Shown: piece by piece, positions 59,956 through 64,000 of the stretch
How positions within the stretch are numbered: the stretch's first letter is position 1
Layout of the letters: every line of letters begins with the position of its first letter
Origin: an uncultured Candidatus Rokubacteria bacterium
GTDB taxonomy: Bacteria > Methylomirabilota > Methylomirabilia > Rokubacteriales > CSP1-6
Assembly: GCA_963789955.1 (NCBI GenBank)
Contig: CAWBMV010000003.1
Coordinates: forward strand, 64,001 to 128,000
DNA length: 64,000 bases
Reading direction: 5' to 3'
The notes under the pieces: generated by a model
Databases searched by the model: none
Seen by the model: the letters and a program-made list of their open reading frames with translations, nothing else
What the model was told of the DNA's origin: nothing
Translations under genes and position numbers: made by a program

Positions 59956-60178
59956 ACTGGCGCGCAGCGCCCGCATCGCGAATGTCCGCCGGCATATGGG
60001 TGAAGAGGCGCGTTCGCTCATGTAACCGCGTGAGGATCCACGACGTATCACCCTTCGGGCCGAAGAATTCGCGGCGCATGTTGTTGTCCACGCCGAGTAC
60101 GGCGTAGCCCTGCGCGTCGAGCCAGACGACCGCCTCCGAACCAATCAGACCACTGGATCCGGTGATGAGAATCTTCAT
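59956..60178 (-). pseudogene. 5' fragment of NAD-dependent sugar epimerase
   Basis: MKILITGSSGLIGSEAV...GVDNNMRREFFG...ADIRD, then an abrupt end. Confidence 0.75.
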
Positions 60179-60422
60179 CCGCGCTCCATTGCATTCACCT
60201 GCTCGGTGCGCCTCGGATCGTAGCAGGTGAAGGCCTCTGGCGAACCCGGTGAAGCAGCGCCCGCACCCAAAAGTGTGCCGCGGATCGTAACCCTCGGCAA
60301 TGTTCGCGCGCGCGGCGCCCCATCGCAAATGCGCCCCTCGCGCGACACCGGCCAACCCCGGCAGACCGTTCATACTAGCCTGGACGTGGAGTGAGATAGA
60401 TTACTCGAGCTAAAGGGCGGCT

Positions 60423-61358
60423 ATGAGAACAGCTTGCCATGAGGTGAGGCCTAGCGGATCTGTGCCGGGCGTGGGAATCGTCGTCCTGCATTGGGGAGCG
60501 CGAGAAGCGACCGACGCGTGTCTCGAATCGATCCGAAGCGCTGAATACCCGTCAGTCCGCGTGTTCGTGGTCGACAACGCGCGCTCGCTGGACGCGACCA
60601 TCACAGATCGGGCCACCCCCATGGCGATCGAGATCCTCCGCCCACCGCGCAACCTCGGGTTCGCCGAGGGGTGCGGGTGGGGGATTGCGGCCGCCCTGGA
60701 GGCAAACGTTGACTACGTCTTCCTCCTGAACAACGACGCCGTCGTCAATCGTCACTGCCTCGAGACGCTCGTTGCGGCCGCTCGGCGCACGCCCGGCGCC
60801 GGGATTCTCTCGCCCCAGATTGCCTTCCAGGAGGCGCCCGACCAGGTCTGGTATCGCGGAGGCGAATTCTCGCTGTGGGGTCGCGGGCCACGCCATACCG
60901 ACTGGCGCCGCCGGGTCGAAACAGCGCGCCCGCCGACCGACGTCGATTATGCGACCGGATGCGCCATGCTCATCGACCCGGCCGTGATCCGTACGGTGGG
61001 CACATTTGATGCGCGCTTGTTCGCATACTGTGAAGACGTCGACTTCTCGCTACGCGCGCGTCGAGCTGGGTTTCGGGTCCTCGTGGTCCCGGCTGCCCTG
61101 GTCTATCACGGCACGACGTACACCGATGCTCGTCGGGCTCAGCGCGTGTACTACAGCGTCCGGAACCTCCTCGCGGTGATGCGGAAGCACGCTCGCTGGT
61201 ACCACTGGGTCGGCTTCGTCCCGGCGTTCGCCGTCCAGTGGGTCGGCTTCTTCGTGCTTCTTGCGTGTCGGCATCGCCAATGGAGTCTCGCCTGGGCGGT
61301 GGGCCGCGGCCTCCTGGACGGAGCCCGTGGGCGTCTCGGCGCGCTCGAGGAGCGCTAG
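60423..61358 (+). CDS. Glycosyltransferase family 2
   Basis: VVLHW, VVDNA, NLGFAEG, LLNND, YATGCAML, FAYCEDVD. Confidence 0.88.
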   Translation: MRTACHEVRPSGSVPGVGIVVLHWGAREATDACLESIRSAEYPSVRVFVVDNARSLDATITDRATPMAIEILRPPRNLGFAEGCGWGIAAALEANVDYVFLLNNDAVVNRHCLETLVAAARRTPGAGILSPQIAFQEAPDQVWYRGGEFSLWGRGPRHTDWRRRVETARPPTDVDYATGCAMLIDPAVIRTVGTFDARLFAYCEDVDFSLRARRAGFRVLVVPAALVYHGTTYTDARRAQRVYYSVRNLLAVMRKHARWYHWVGFVPAFAVQWVGFFVLLACRHRQWSLAWAVGRGLLDGARGRLGALEER

Positions 61359-62470
61359 CGATACCCGGCTGCCTCTCGGAGCACTCCAAGGGTCCGGCGC
61401 GCGGACTCTTCCCAGGTGAACAGCCGGCTCCGGGCGAGTCCGCGCTCGCGCAGATCCGCTCGGAGCGCTTCTTCGTCGATGACGCGAGCGATCGCTTCAG
61501 CGATCGCCGTCACGTCTTCGGGATCCACGAGCAGCCCGGCGGGGCCGACGACCTCTGGACACGCCGTCCGGTCGGAGCTGACGACCGGACACCCGCATGC
61601 CATGGCCTCGAGGAGCGGCAGTCCGAAGCCTTCGAAGAGCGACGGATAGACGAAGCAGGTCGCGCCACCGTAGAAGGCCGGCAAGTCGCCGTCGGGGATC
61701 GCACCGACCCAGTGCACTCGGCTCGACGCGCCCGAGTCGCGGAAAGTGCGCAGGAGCTCTTCCACTCCGTAGTCCACCTTGCCGGCGATCACAAGGCGCA
61801 GATCAGCCCGGCCCTGAGCCCGCAACAGGGCAAAGGCCCGGAGCAGGGTACCGAGGTTCTTGCGTCGATTCAGCCTGCCGACTGAAAAGATGAAGCCCGG
61901 TTCGAGACCGTAACGCGCGAGGACCGCGCGTATGGCGGTCTCCGGCAGCGGGCGAAAACTGTCGCTCACGCCGTACCAGGTCACACGGATTCGCTCTGGA
62001 GCGACGCGATAGCGCGCTTCGAGGTCACGCCGCGTGAACTCGGATGGGGTGATGATACGTGCCGCCCGGCGCAAGCTCCACGGGACCAGCGCGCGCAGTG
62101 CTAGCCGCAACCCGGGCGGGGATGACGCCACGTGGAGAAACGAGAGGTCATGAACCACGACCACGACAGGGCCCGCGTACGCCAGCGGCGCAAAGTATTG
62201 GACGTGGAGCGCATCCACCCGCTCGGACGTCGCGGCCCGAGCAAGCGTCCACAGGATACGGCCGAGCCCGCCGTGCTGGGCGACGGCACGAATACGGAGG
62301 CCCGGAGTGGCGCTGAGCGAGTGATAGAACGAATGGCCGGGCTCTCGTGCGAACAAGGTGAAGGTGTCGTCACCGTCGGCGGCGAGCAACGAACGGCACA
62401 AGTTCCTGGTGTAGGTCGAGTTGCCCTCGCCCTCACGCTCACTGCCGTGCGTATCAATGCCGAAGTTCAT
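61355..62470 (-). CDS. Glycosyltransferase family 4 (mannosyltransferase-like)
   Basis: VVHDLSF, VGRLNRRKN, YPSLFEGFGLPLLEAMACGCPV, FTWE. Confidence 0.9.
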   Translation of the reverse strand: MNFGIDTHGSEREGEGNSTYTRNLCRSLLAADGDDTFTLFAREPGHSFYHSLSATPGLRIRAVAQHGGLGRILWTLARAATSERVDALHVQYFAPLAYAGPVVVVVHDLSFLHVASSPPGLRLALRALVPWSLRRAARIITPSEFTRRDLEARYRVAPERIRVTWYGVSDSFRPLPETAIRAVLARYGLEPGFIFSVGRLNRRKNLGTLLRAFALLRAQGRADLRLVIAGKVDYGVEELLRTFRDSGASSRVHWVGAIPDGDLPAFYGGATCFVYPSLFEGFGLPLLEAMACGCPVVSSDRTACPEVVGPAGLLVDPEDVTAIAEAIARVIDEEALRADLRERGLARSRLFTWEESARRTLGVLREAAGYR

Positions 62471-62673
62471 GGAGGGGTGGCCCTGAATATACCTGTCACC
62501 GTCTTGATCGGGGCCTTCGTCTTATTGACACGATGAGGCGCACCGGCTATTGTCCGGCGCACGCTGTAGCCGCCTATTGACGAAGGCGCGGGTCACTTTG
62601 GGAGGACCTTTGTCGTGTGGACAGATTGTCGTTGTGATCTTCCCCGATACCCCGCCTGTCGGATCGCTGACCA

Positions 62674-63090
62674 ATGATGTGCCGCTTGCTTTCGGTCCAG
62701 TTGGTCGCGTGCTTCGTACTCGCGGCCGGCTCCGGACCCGCGGCCCTCGATAAGGACGGGGCGATGCAGAAAATCAGCCCCGAGCTGCTTGCCCTCTACG
62801 ATGCATACCTCGCGGCACAGCGCCGCGGCATTCCTTTCACGGTCAACGATACGCTGGTTCGGGTTGTCGATGACCGGGTGATCGTCGACGCGGTCGCTTC
62901 CGGCAGCGGGGCGGCTCTCGAGACAGACCTCAGAGCCATGGGAATGCGCGAGACCGTATCGGCAGGCCGGATCGTCTCGGGACAGCTACCGATCGCATCG
63001 ATCGCCGCGCTGGCCAGCCTGCAGAGCCTCCGGTTCGTTCGGGCCGCCGCATCGGCAACACACGGGGGGACAGAGGGGAAGAGGCCATAG
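62674..63090 (+). CDS. Secreted protein resembling the prodomain of the downstream S8 protease
   Basis: Signal peptide; KISPELLAL..VIVDAVASG..LETDLRAMG..GRIVSGQLPI..LASLQSLRFVR parallels VTIDAVAAGD..LEADFRRLG..GRVVSARLPI..LESLASLRFA. Confidence 0.65.
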   Translation: MMCRLLSVQLVACFVLAAGSGPAALDKDGAMQKISPELLALYDAYLAAQRRGIPFTVNDTLVRVVDDRVIVDAVASGSGAALETDLRAMGMRETVSAGRIVSGQLPIASIAALASLQSLRFVRAAASATHGGTEGKRP

Positions 63091-63166
63091 GACCGAATCG
63101 GTCGGTGTAGTGAAGCGGGGTTGCCGGCCAGTAGGGAGCACCCCCGATAGGACGGAGACACGGGCT

Positions 63167-64000
63167 ATGAATTGGCAGCTCCGGCTGTGGGTCGTTGCGC
63201 TTCTCGCGCTGGCAGCCGCGCCAGGCGTCGCGTGGGCCGACCGGACTCAGGCGACAAAGATCGCCGATGACCTGGCTTCGATTGCCGCCCAGCACGCAGC
63301 AGCCGCCGCTCGCGGTCTCCCGTTCCGTTCCGCCAACCGCTTTCTACCGGTCGCCAACGATTGGGTCACCATCGACGCCGTTGCCGCCGGCGACCCGCAC
63401 GCCCTGGAGGCGGACTTCAGGCGGCTCGGCGCTCAACATGTTGCCGTCTCCGGTCGCGTCGTTTCGGCACGGCTGCCCATCTCGGCAATTTCCCTGTTGG
63501 AAAGCCTGGCGAGCCTGAGATTCGCCAAGCCGGCCTATTCCGCGACGAACGCCGGGTCAGTGACCAGCCAGGGCGACCGCGCGATGCGCGCGGACGTCGC
63601 GCGGGCGGCGCTGGGCGTCACCGGTGCAGGCATCACGGTCGGCGTGCTGTCGGATAGCTTCAACTGTCGCGGCGGCGCCGCGGCAGATGTGGCGACGGGT
63701 GACCTGTCACCGGTCACGGTCCTTCAGGACGAACCCGGCTGCGGCTCGGGAACCGACGAGGGCCGGGCGATGCTGCAGATCGTCCACGACGTCGCCCCGG
63801 GCGCAGGCCTTTCCTTCGCGACGGCGTTTGCAGGCATGGCGAGCTTCGCCGCCAACATCAGGGCCCTGGCTGCCGCGGGCGCCCGGGTGATCGTCGACGA
63901 TGTCATCTATTTCGGCGAGCCGATGTTCCAGGACGGTGTGATTGCTCAGGCGGTCGACAGCGTGACGGCCGGCGGCGTGACCTACTTCTCCGCGGCAGGC
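63167..64000 (+). CDS. S8 family serine peptidase (subtilase); 5' frameshift, truncated by window end
   Basis: GSVTSQGDRAMRAD, GAGITVGVLSDSF, DEGRAMLQIVHDVAPGA, VIVDDV, YFSAAG. Confidence 0.85.
   Translation, partial: MNWQLRLWVVALLALAAAPGVAWADRTQATKIADDLASIAAQHAAAAARGLPFRSANRFLPVANDWVTIDAVAAGDPHALEADFRRLGAQHVAVSGRVVSARLPISAISLLESLASLRFAKPAYSATNAGSVTSQGDRAMRADVARAALGVTGAGITVGVLSDSFNCRGGAAADVATGDLSPVTVLQDEPGCGSGTDEGRAMLQIVHDVAPGAGLSFATAFAGMASFAANIRALAAAGARVIVDDVIYFGEPMFQDGVIAQAVDSVTAGGVTYFSAAG

Overview
High-GC bacterial window. Gene content and style suggest a soil bacterium such as Rokubacteria/Methylomirabilota, but this is inference and no marker gene is present. Many genes carry single-base indels clustered at 1.8-9.3, 20-21.2 and 25.7-27.3 kb, most likely long-read consensus errors. 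(1) 1-36.5 kb is mostly catabolic and redox genes: four SDRs, three LLM/F420-type oxidoreductases, two core-MetE-like proteins, a GMC oxidoreductase with small subunit, GGT, a three-subunit Mo-hydroxylase with a ModE-like regulator, an enolase-family dehydratase, a GcvT-fused oxidase, a sterol desaturase and a PTE-like hydrolase. Embedded at about 7.6-15.4 kb is a stress-type island: NTase plus metallophosphoesterase, a sensor-less hybrid kinase, YHS, MBL hydrolase, cardiolipin synthase, BON, CsbD, a 16-aa micropeptide and a methyltransferase. It has four sigma-54-type promoters and a recurring GTAA-N3-TTAC upstream motif. A DUF222-HNH gene with a structured leader and GCTAGG direct repeats lies at 21.2-22.8 kb. 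(2) 36.5-64 kb is an accessory cell-surface region. It starts at a triplicated cupin-like gene and includes licD, an IS110 relic with its upstream non-coding (bridge-RNA-like) segment, a Ppm1-like GT2/GT-C pair, two tandem-repeat secreted proteins, a wzm/wzt glycan cluster rich in methyltransferases, a mosaic of recombinase, cyclase and epimerase fragments, and an S8 protease preceded by a stand-alone prodomain-like gene. No rRNA, complete tRNA or CRISPR array was seen.
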